Shown here: positions 33,045-40,494 of the stretch, one piece after another
Numbering within the stretch: the stretch's first letter is position 1
Layout of the letters: the number at the start of each line of letters is the position of its first letter
IMG/VR virus record: IMGVR_UViG_3300045988_158809
Strand: one strand, 5' to 3'
Source: a virus
Length of the DNA: 64,000 nucleotides
The notes under the pieces: generated by a model
What the model saw: the letters and a program-made list of their open reading frames with translations, nothing else
The model's database searches: none
Told to the model about the DNA's origin: nothing
Program-made: the position numbers and the translations under genes

Positions 33045-33279
33045 AGAGAATAAAGATTTAAGATGCAAACTTGCTTTAATGATAAATACTCGATTTTTTT
33101 TGTATGAAAATAAAATGATTACTGAAGCTGAGAATGAACGTATTTGTAAAAGAATAAACAAGTTCTCAGAGAAACATAATGTCAAATTGTCCATAGGACA
33201 GATACACGGTGTTTCTTTCGTTTATGACGATAATACTAAATTTGAAGATGTGTTAACCAAACATTTTGGACATGGATAA
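33037..33279 (+). CDS. hypothetical protein (80 aa), stand-alone paralog of the C-terminal domain of 32088..32624
   Basis: LRCKLALMINTRFFLYENKMITEAENERI vs LRRRLALMINARSILYFNNMITESENDRI; ends in KHFGHG. Confidence 0.6.
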   Translation: MDKENKDLRCKLALMINTRFFLYENKMITEAENERICKRINKFSEKHNVKLSIGQIHGVSFVYDDNTKFEDVLTKHFGHG

Positions 33280-33922
33280 AGAATACAAACGTGGTTTGCT
33301 TCGGAAGTTTTCTCCATACACGGAAGTAGATGAATTCTCAGACGAAAATGATGCTTTCGACTCTATAGTGTTAGGCTTATATCTATCATCAAGAACAAGA
33401 CCTAAGCCGGAACAGGTAACAGAACAACAACTTGAAAAATTCTCAGAACAAATGAATGAAATGTCAGAAAAATACGGTAAAAGACCGATAGAAGAGGTAC
33501 GGGAAATGTACCGTGGTCATATCAGAAGGATTTTAATTGGGTTAAATAATTTATATAATAATGGAGTTCTTTCAGATTCTGATTATCAGCAGGCTAAAGA
33601 AAGATTGAAAAAGGTAGCCGATGAATACAATATTGATAATTTTGAGAATCTGCCATACATAGAGGAAACACAAGATTTGATTCAAAAAGAGAATGAAGAA
33701 AAGACAGAAAGACTTGCAGAAATATTGAATGACTGCCTTGAAGAACACGGGCTCGCTCGTCTCTCTTCTGCTTCTCCCTCTCCCACCCTACCCGTTTATG
33801 TTTTGGAGTCCAAACCGGAATTTCCAGCAATGATTAATTGCAGTTTTAAAGACGGGAAAGCAAAACGTTGTGAGTGCAGAGCAAAAGAAAGAATGACGAA
33901 GAAACAGAATAAAAGATATTAA
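33272..33922 (+). CDS. hypothetical protein (216 aa)
   Basis: ATG in the duplicated junction CATGGATAAAGA; the track start 33266 is TTG. Confidence 0.65.
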   Translation: MDKEYKRGLLRKFSPYTEVDEFSDENDAFDSIVLGLYLSSRTRPKPEQVTEQQLEKFSEQMNEMSEKYGKRPIEEVREMYRGHIRRILIGLNNLYNNGVLSDSDYQQAKERLKKVADEYNIDNFENLPYIEETQDLIQKENEEKTERLAEILNDCLEEHGLARLSSASPSPTLPVYVLESKPEFPAMINCSFKDGKAKRCECRAKERMTKKQNKRY

Positions 33923-33923
33923 T

Positions 33924-34208
33924 ATGACAACAAACATTACAATCATAGCAGTAACCTTTCTCCTATGCTTCACATTCCTTGTGGCATACTTCGGCTACCT
34001 CATAATGAAAACTGAGATTTATAAAGTCCGCAGGTTGCTACGCATTATTGCCAGGCTAAGGAAGGAACTCTTAGAACTTAGAAAATTCTCTGATGAGACA
34101 ATATATGAATGGGGTAAAGATATGGATAAAAGAAATAGTCAGTACGACGAACTTCTCGATAAATTTTATCAGTATGAATCCGCAAAACAAAACAACAATG
34201 AACTTTAA
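33924..34208 (+). CDS. hypothetical membrane-anchored protein (94 aa)
   Basis: N-terminal TM segment. Confidence 0.55.
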   Translation: MTTNITIIAVTFLLCFTFLVAYFGYLIMKTEIYKVRRLLRIIARLRKELLELRKFSDETIYEWGKDMDKRNSQYDELLDKFYQYESAKQNNNEL

Positions 34209-34617
34209 ATCACTACCCACAACCAGCGAACAGCAGTCGCAAACGCTACTTAAAGCCGGACTGAATCCAAAGACTGCCGACTGTTACATAGAAGAAGACG
34301 GCCACACGATAATCGCGAGGGATGATTACAATTTGGAAATAGCATTAGATTATCGGAACCTCACTCCGTCGTGGAGTCTTTCCCGATTGTTGGATATGAT
34401 GCCGTTTGAAGTTCCCGATCCTAAATCGGGATATAAACCACATCACCCTGAATTAATAAAGCGTCGTGAGGACTATGTTCTTTCGATAAGAAGATCTACA
34501 GCCGACTGTCTTGTAGGAACACATATCGAGGACAATCCGATAGAATGTGCAGTTTCTATGATAGGCTGGCTGATACGGAAAAATCATTTCAATAAAGAAT
34601 ATCTAAAAAAGAAATAA
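34198..34617 (+). CDS. hypothetical protein, paralog-family member (139 aa)
   Basis: Internal ATG of ORF 34093..34617; PSWSLSRLLDMMP and the C-terminal MIGWLIRKNHFNKEYLKK resemble 24684..25277. Confidence 0.6.
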   Translation: MNFKSLPTTSEQQSQTLLKAGLNPKTADCYIEEDGHTIIARDDYNLEIALDYRNLTPSWSLSRLLDMMPFEVPDPKSGYKPHHPELIKRREDYVLSIRRSTADCLVGTHIEDNPIECAVSMIGWLIRKNHFNKEYLKKK

Positions 34618-34619
34618 CC

Positions 34620-34958
34620 ATGCAAATACTCAAACAAATCTACCCTACCGCCCGTGTGCCGCACCGTTGCGACCTTTGTGGCGGTACTATCAATCCAGGA
34701 GAAACATACAAAAGGACTACCGTTTCGGAAGACGGCAGAGTGTCCGATTCTGTTACGCACATACATTGCAGCAATCTTATAGACAGGCTCGATATGGACG
34801 AATACTATGAGGGTGTTTTGATTGAGGATTACGAATGTATCGTTCAGGACTATGTTTCGGACAATCATCGTGATGATCCGCAATGGGATATAAAGGATTT
34901 GCCGAAATGTACAAGAATGATTTATGAAGAACTTTGTAAGGAGGAAAGTAAGGTATGA
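34620..34958 (+). CDS. hypothetical protein (112 aa)
   Basis: ORF track; CDLCGG Cys motif. Confidence 0.6.
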   Translation: MQILKQIYPTARVPHRCDLCGGTINPGETYKRTTVSEDGRVSDSVTHIHCSNLIDRLDMDEYYEGVLIEDYECIVQDYVSDNHRDDPQWDIKDLPKCTRMIYEELCKEESKV

Positions 34959-35221
34959 AAATAGCAGGATGTGTGTTCCGCCAGTCAGAAATTCAAATAA
35001 ACAACGAGAACACTTTTGCAGCACGTTACAGGAAGAGAACTATATACGTTTCGTCTGAACATGGATTCGGAAAAGCAAAAGAGCCAGGAAAGACTCGATT
35101 TTATCAGGAAGTATATGGTGATGATGGTATTTACGATATGGAATGTTATAATGATTTCCACAATATCGAGGAAGCAATTATAGATACGTTAGAAGGTGCA
35201 GGTTTAGCAAAGAACAATTAA
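34955..35221 (+). CDS. hypothetical protein (88 aa)
   Basis: ORF track; AAGGAGG upstream. Confidence 0.55.
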   Translation: MKIAGCVFRQSEIQINNENTFAARYRKRTIYVSSEHGFGKAKEPGKTRFYQEVYGDDGIYDMECYNDFHNIEEAIIDTLEGAGLAKNN

Positions 35222-35234
35222 AAACGAAATAATT

Positions 35235-35654
35235 ATGCGAAGAATCATACAAATAGATGAATCAGAATATAATCAGCTTGTAGATAAGGCAAACCTTAAC
35301 GAAAAGCAGATTGAAGAAAAGGCCGTAGCGCTTTATGAGGAGAAAGGAGTAGCTAACGTAGATATAACCGTGAAAACGGACAGCGATTGTTATTCCTCCA
35401 GATACTTTAAATGCGGTAGCTTTGTGTGGTATAAGGATGAACGTTTCTTCATTTCTGAAAAGTTGAGAAACAATCTTAGAAAGTTTATTACAGAACTGGT
35501 GCAGTATAAAGTAAACCAGGATTACGAAAAGCCTGAAAGGCTTGCAGAGGATTATGAACGCAAGTTGAATTTCCTTAAAAATGTGCGATACATTTTTTAC
35601 GCTGTAGCTTTATCCGGCTGGGCCGCATTTGTAACATTATTATGTATGAAGTAA
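35235..35654 (+). CDS. hypothetical protein with C-terminal TM segment (139 aa)
   Basis: ORF track. Confidence 0.6.
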   Translation: MRRIIQIDESEYNQLVDKANLNEKQIEEKAVALYEEKGVANVDITVKTDSDCYSSRYFKCGSFVWYKDERFFISEKLRNNLRKFITELVQYKVNQDYEKPERLAEDYERKLNFLKNVRYIFYAVALSGWAAFVTLLCMK

Positions 35655-35670
35655 ATTGAAACAGTAGAAT

Positions 35671-36231
35671 ATGAAACAGATAAACGAAATTGACTTAAAC
35701 TCTTACCGTGACAGAGTTTATCAGAATGCGGTAAACCATGGGTGGCATGAAGAAGAGAAAAGTATTGAGCATTGGCTTTGCATGGTAATGTCCGAACTGA
35801 TGGAAGCGGTGGAAGCAGACAGGTTGGGGAAATATGCAGACCGAAACCAGTTTGAGAATTATATGAATCTGGTAGAGCGTTCAAACGACGAATTTGTATA
35901 TGCTTTCAAATATGGAATAAAAGACTCGGTTGAAGATGAGCTTGCAGATGCTTGTATCAGGCTGTTTGATATGGCTGGAGTATATAATGCTGATTTTAAT
36001 CTTCTCACTCCTACCGAATATGAAACTTCAAGATATTCAAAATTAACTTTCACGGAGTCTGTTTATAAGATGATTGAAAATCTTTGCCTTTTCCAATTTA
36101 ATATAATAGGACACCTGGACGAAATCTTTACCTTCTGCCGTTCTCGCAATATAGACATTTTCTGGTTCATCGATCAGAAGATGAAATACAACGAATTCCG
36201 GCCATTTAAACACGGTGGAAAGAAATATTAA
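35671..36231 (+). CDS. MazG-like all-alpha nucleoside triphosphate pyrophosphohydrolase (186 aa)
   Basis: MVMSELMEAVEADR ... ELADACIRLFDMAG fits the EExxE/D and ELAD..I signature of MazG-type enzymes. Confidence 0.5.
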   Translation: MKQINEIDLNSYRDRVYQNAVNHGWHEEEKSIEHWLCMVMSELMEAVEADRLGKYADRNQFENYMNLVERSNDEFVYAFKYGIKDSVEDELADACIRLFDMAGVYNADFNLLTPTEYETSRYSKLTFTESVYKMIENLCLFQFNIIGHLDEIFTFCRSRNIDIFWFIDQKMKYNEFRPFKHGGKKY

Positions 36232-36305
36232 TCAGTTAAAACATGTAAAGCAATCCGGTTTGATTTTTGTCAGACCGGAACCCGCTTTACAAGTCATTCT
36301 GGGAG

Positions 36306-36371
36306 CGAAAAATTTTCATTGCAATCACAGAAAATTTTTATTGCATTCGCAGAAAATTTTCATTGCAATGC
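36306..36371 (+). repeat. three tandem 22-bp repeats, each containing the palindrome GAAAATTTTC (imperfect in copy 2)
   Basis: cgaaaaattttcattgcaatca / cagaaaatttttattgcattcg / cagaaaattttcattgcaatgc. Confidence 0.85.
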
Positions 36372-36451
36372 CGGATTTACGTTTTCGCAACCTCATTTTT
36401 ACGGCGTAAAATAAACGCTTTATTTTGACATTTAGAAACAATTTGTTTACA

Positions 36452-36459
36452 TATATTTG
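36452..36459 (+). promoter_or_regulatory. -7 box TATATTTG
   Basis: Exact TAnnTTTG 5 nt before ATG 36465. Confidence 0.45.
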
Positions 36460-36464
36460 CAATC

Positions 36465-36950
36465 ATGAACACGACATTTGAAAAGTCAGCAAACAGTACC
36501 GACGAATGGTACACCCCGAAAGAAATACTCGATGAGCTGGGCCCTTTCGACCTCGACCCATGTGCGCCGGTAGTTCCACTGTGGCCAACGGCTGCCACCA
36601 TGTATAATAAGAACGACGACGGACTTTCTAAGCCGTGGTTTGGCCGTGTATGGCTCAACCCTCCCTACTCCCGTCCGCTCATCGAGCAGTTTATCAACCG
36701 CATGGCGGAACACGGAAACGGCATCGCGCTTCTATTCAACCGGTGCGACAGCAAGATGTTTCAGGATGTGATTTTCAAGAAAGCATCCGCCATGAAGTTT
36801 TTGCGCCACAGAATAAAGTTCTACAGGTCAGATGGTTGTAGGGGGGGGTCGCCCGGATGTGGCAGTATTTTGATAGCTTTTGGCGATGAGAATGCAAATG
36901 TCATTCGTGATTGTAAGATAGAAGGTAAATTTGTATCACTTAAAGATTAA
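36465..36950 (+). CDS. phage Dam-type DNA N6-adenine methyltransferase (161 aa) containing an in-frame G8 tract
   Basis: DEWYTPKEILDELGPFDLDPCA and VWLNPPYS are hallmark segments of the small phage Dam family. Confidence 0.75.
   Translation: MNTTFEKSANSTDEWYTPKEILDELGPFDLDPCAPVVPLWPTAATMYNKNDDGLSKPWFGRVWLNPPYSRPLIEQFINRMAEHGNGIALLFNRCDSKMFQDVIFKKASAMKFLRHRIKFYRSDGCRGGSPGCGSILIAFGDENANVIRDCKIEGKFVSLKD
36841..36848 (+). repeat. homopolymeric G8 tract inside the Dam-type MTase ORF
   Basis: Counted directly; encodes ..CRGGS.. in frame. Confidence 0.95.
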
Positions 36951-36955
36951 TCGTT

Positions 36956-37642
36956 ATGGATAAGGAAGAAGAAGAAAGACTGGAATACAAACAGTATATG
37001 CAGGTGGTTGACGCTTGTCGTGAATTATTCAAAAAGAAATTGCAGGATTACGGTGCTGCATGGCGCATTCTACGCCCGGCGTCCGTGACCGACCAGATAT
37101 ATATCAAAGTGGCTCGCATCCGTAGCCTGCAGCTCTCCGGCGAGAACCTGGTGGGCGATTCGATAGAAAGTGAGTTTATCGGTATCGTGAATTATGGTAT
37201 TATCGGACTGATACAGTTTGAAGATGGGTTTTCTGAAAAGAATGATACGCCAATCGATTTGGCGGAGAAACTTTACGATAGTCACTTTGCAGAGTGCTTT
37301 AACGTAATGAAAAAGAAAAACCATGATTACGGCGAAGCATGGAGGAACATGCGTGTGGAGACTATCACAGATTTAATTTTGACAAAGGTGTTCCGAACAA
37401 AGCAGATTGAGGACCATGACGGGCATACTATCGCATCGGAGGGAATCCCTGCCAACTACATCGACATGGTGAATTATGCTATCTTTGCGTTGTGCCTGCT
37501 TCAGGAACGTCCGGTTTCAAGTACAGATAAATTAGATGGTGAGGAAATGCCAGATTTCTCTTTAATGCCAATTCCTCCAAGTGGGAAATATTATGCGGCA
37601 GAACGTAATCCTGAAGTAAATCCTTCCACTGAAACCAAGTAA
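36956..37642 (+). CDS. DUF1599-like protein with two internal repeats (228 aa)
   Basis: KKLQDYGAAWRILRPASVTDQIYIKVARIRSL and KKNHDYGEAWRNMRVETITDLILTKVFRTKQI are two repeats of the pattern I recall for DUF1599. Confidence 0.5.
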   Translation: MDKEEEERLEYKQYMQVVDACRELFKKKLQDYGAAWRILRPASVTDQIYIKVARIRSLQLSGENLVGDSIESEFIGIVNYGIIGLIQFEDGFSEKNDTPIDLAEKLYDSHFAECFNVMKKKNHDYGEAWRNMRVETITDLILTKVFRTKQIEDHDGHTIASEGIPANYIDMVNYAIFALCLLQERPVSSTDKLDGEEMPDFSLMPIPPSGKYYAAERNPEVNPSTETK

Positions 37643-37689
37643 TAATTTTGTATCACTATGTTTGTAAATTGGAAAAGATACTATATCCT

Positions 37690-38241
37690 ATGAAACTATT
37701 CAAAAAACTGAAAACCTTCTTCTCTGCTCCCCCCACCCCACTGTCAGAGGAAGCGCAGGCAGTAGAGTTTTTACGGAAGGAATCGGCACCGTACAGGGCG
37801 GTGCAGTTTGTCGACCGCATGGTCACTTCCGGAACCATATTCATCCGTCAGGAAGAGTCGGAAGTGTACATATCCACCAAATTAGTCTATCTGTATGCCG
37901 ACAAGAAACTATGGACTAATTTTCTGAAATCTGTCGGACTTTGGTTTTGTTACCAGAAGTCGCGCGAAATGTGGAGCCGCAGGTTTGTCGATGCGGAGAA
38001 TCAGGCCATCCGTGAATCCGGAAAGACACCGGAGGAACTGGGAGAAGCGGAAGTGCGTAGACTGAAATGGGAAGCTCGCCAGAAAGTAAAAGTAAGCGAC
38101 CTGTCTGCCCCGGCTCCAGGAAAATATAATTTCCTGCTCGTGTCCGAACATGACGGTTCGCCCGTGCTGGTAGGAAGTTATCAGGACGGACAAGTCACGA
38201 TGCGTAATTTTGACGAAGTGAAGGACCTGCTAAAAAAATAA
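37690..38241 (+). CDS. hypothetical protein (183 aa)
   Basis: First ATG of the TTG-started ORF 37648..38241; -7 box TATGTTTG at 37657-37664. Confidence 0.6.
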   Translation: MKLFKKLKTFFSAPPTPLSEEAQAVEFLRKESAPYRAVQFVDRMVTSGTIFIRQEESEVYISTKLVYLYADKKLWTNFLKSVGLWFCYQKSREMWSRRFVDAENQAIRESGKTPEELGEAEVRRLKWEARQKVKVSDLSAPAPGKYNFLLVSEHDGSPVLVGSYQDGQVTMRNFDEVKDLLKK

Positions 38242-38245
38242 TGCT

Positions 38246-38773
38246 ATGCCGGTACGTGGATATGTCAAACCGATTTCTGCAAGGCAGAAGTTGGAATTTA
38301 TTATTCAAGAAGCGCTCGAAGCCATAGAAAATAACTTCGAAACGCAGGGTATTTTCCCCTATGAAGTGTATCCTGGATACAGGGAAATAAACGAGGAAGC
38401 CGGTACCGGATCATGGAAAAGTACCGGAAAAGGTATGCAGTCTTTCCGTGGCCAGATACTTGCCGACAAGGTATCCAATTCGCGCATAGATTTCTTCTAC
38501 GACCGTCACCTTGATTTCGTGGATATGGGTGTGGGCAAAGGTCGTCCCATCGGGAAAGTGGAACGCCGTTTGAGCGCGGACTACAAAATCCGCTACATGG
38601 AGTGGAACGCGAAGGAAGGAAGTACGCAGCGTCCGGCCATTTCGATGGAGTTTCGTCACCAGACGCGAAGGATGCAACGTTACTGGGCAAACCGTTTCAA
38701 ATTTGATGCTCAGTGCGTGCTTGTTTTTGGTATAGAAGGTACACTCGAAGGTAATGAACCCGAATATACTTAA
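38246..38773 (+). CDS. hypothetical protein, paralog of the tail-module gene 58691..59206 (175 aa)
   Basis: FPYEVYPGYREINE..WKSTGKGMQSFRGQIL..FVDMGVGKGRPIG vs YPFEVYPGYKEKNE..WKSTGRAYRSFRGEIL..FVDMGVGKGRKIG. Confidence 0.7.
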   Translation: MPVRGYVKPISARQKLEFIIQEALEAIENNFETQGIFPYEVYPGYREINEEAGTGSWKSTGKGMQSFRGQILADKVSNSRIDFFYDRHLDFVDMGVGKGRPIGKVERRLSADYKIRYMEWNAKEGSTQRPAISMEFRHQTRRMQRYWANRFKFDAQCVLVFGIEGTLEGNEPEYT

Positions 38774-38884
38774 TTCACAGTTTGAAACTTTGGTAAACAA
38801 ATTTAAAGATTACGAGGTAAGGGGATTTTCGGACGATTTTATGCCGGAATCCCCCTTCACCCCCAAAAAAGAAGGTTGTCCCCT

Positions 38885-39040
38885 ACCCTTCCAGACAAAA
38901 AACGCAACTGCCGGACAACGAAAAACGCCTGTTTTGTCTGAAATTCACTTCGTTTTGTCCAGACTGATTTTCTGTAAACTACTATATATCAAAACAATAA
39001 GCCTAAAAATGGGGTTATTTTGTCCAATTGTCTGAAATTT
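38885..39040. repeat. cluster of TTTTGTCTG / CAGACAAAA boxes
   Basis: cagacaaaaaac, gttttgtctgaaat, gttttgtccagac and attttgtccaattgtctgaaat read directly; related to 48971-49080. Confidence 0.65.
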
Positions 39041-39099
39041 CGGGTAAATTACTTATGTTTCAAAAATATTTTTCTGTTGTGCCGTGCGTTGTGCGTCCT

Positions 39100-39590
39100 A
39101 AATGTTTACAAATTATAAACAGGTGAGTAAGTGATTGCGTGAGTAAATGTATATACACCGAAGTGAATCTGTGATAAATCATCTGTTCACCCAGGTGTAT
39201 GTGTACTTTCTCACTCAGGTGTGTTTGTGTTTTTCTACAAGTGATTTTGTGTGTAAGTGATTTTGCATTTGCGTGACTACGTGACAATGCACGCAGGTGA
39301 GTATGTGAGTGAAGATGTATAAATGTGTACGTGATTAATCATCTACGCATATATACATTTATGCATATAATAACTTACTCACTTACGCACTTACGCACGC
39401 GTTCACTTACACACCTGAGTGTGTGAACACATAAACATTTAAACATATAAACACATACACATATAAATGTAAATTCACTTAAATGATAAAGCACGTAATC
39501 ACATGAGTGTTTATTCACATTATCACATGAACACCTAAATATTTTCTCACTTAATCACCTAAACACTTGCACATATTTTAAATTTTGCCT
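39100..39590. repeat. centromere-like repeat field: TAAGTGA/CAGGTG-type motifs on the left, their complements TCACTTA/CACCT on the right, around an AT-rich centre near 39355
   Basis: The left half is GT-rich and the right half CA-rich on the + strand. At least 4 TAAGTGA and at least 4 TCACTTA; lies directly upstream of parA; no credible ORF. Confidence 0.55.
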
Positions 39591-39597
39591 ACATTTG
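39590..39597 (+). promoter_or_regulatory. -7 box TACATTTG upstream of parA
   Basis: Exact TAnnTTTG 27 nt before ATG 39625. Confidence 0.45.
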
Positions 39598-39624
39598 CAG
39601 TGTCGAATTTAAACATATAAGAAA

Positions 39625-40479
39625 ATGGCAAAAATTATTTCAGTGGTCAACTTCAAAGGGGGAGTGGCCAAATCAACCACAGCTTTTAATCTTGCGGCTG
39701 CACTTTGGATGTGCGGCAAACGTGTTTTGATAGTAGATGCAGATCCGCAGTATGAACTTACTACCCGTATCGGGTTTAATGAGCGCGATGCGGAGACTAT
39801 GTATGAATGGATGCTGTCGGAGGGTACGAAGAATGAACTTCCGGCTCCTATATATAACAGGTATGCCGGAAACGATGATTTCTGTTTTATCCCATCAAGT
39901 TCAAAGGTCTCAAACATCGAGCAGGCTCTTGTCACTCAGCCCAACCGCTTCAAGTCTCCGTATATGATATTGAGAAATCTGCTGCATAAGTATTGCGAAG
40001 ATTTCGATTATATCTTCCTGGACTGTCCACCGTCGCCGGGATTTATGAATAATCTGGCTCTTATCGCGAGTGATGAAATTATCGTGCCTGTGGAATGTGC
40101 CGGTGAGTCAATCGACGGACTTATCAAACTTGATATGACTATTCAGGACGTGAAGGAACAGGTGAATCCTGATTTGACGATAAAAGGCTACCTGCTTACC
40201 AAGTACGACGACCGTACAAAAATCACACGAAAAATCAGAGAGGAAATTTCGGAGGAGGGGTTACTCCTGAATACGAAAATCCGCTCGTCTATCAAGTTTA
40301 AGGAGGCGGGTATGTTCTATAAGAACATCTTTGAGTATGATCCGAACGGAAACGGCGCCGAGGATTATATGTCGCTGGCAGAGGAACTGTTTGATGTGAA
40401 AAGGCCGGACAACTGGAAGACTGTTTCGGCTGAGTGTTGGGAAAAGACTATTGGTTCGCAAACCGAGGACGAAGAATAA
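39625..40479 (+). CDS. parA: ParA/Soj-family partition ATPase (284 aa)
   Basis: Deviant Walker A VVNFKGGVAKSTTAFNLA, VLIVDADPQ, and Walker B-like DYIFLDCPPS. Confidence 0.85.
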   Translation: MAKIISVVNFKGGVAKSTTAFNLAAALWMCGKRVLIVDADPQYELTTRIGFNERDAETMYEWMLSEGTKNELPAPIYNRYAGNDDFCFIPSSSKVSNIEQALVTQPNRFKSPYMILRNLLHKYCEDFDYIFLDCPPSPGFMNNLALIASDEIIVPVECAGESIDGLIKLDMTIQDVKEQVNPDLTIKGYLLTKYDDRTKITRKIREEISEEGLLLNTKIRSSIKFKEAGMFYKNIFEYDPNGNGAEDYMSLAEELFDVKRPDNWKTVSAECWEKTIGSQTEDEE

Positions 40480-40494
40480 AGAAAGGAGGTTGAT

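Noticed and set aside
38885-39040. TTTTGTCTG boxes as attP / integrase arm sites
   Set aside because: There is no integrase or excisionase gene in 64 kb, and the element has its own Rep and Par functions. The att interpretation cannot be supported from this window.
39060-39935. ORFs 39060..39287 (-) and 39609..39935 (-) and the idea of a CRISPR array in 39.1-39.6 kb
   Set aside because: The first lies in the centromere-like repeat field and the second is antisense to parA. The repeats are short (6-8 bp), degenerate and not arranged as constant repeat/unique spacer units, and no cas genes are present.
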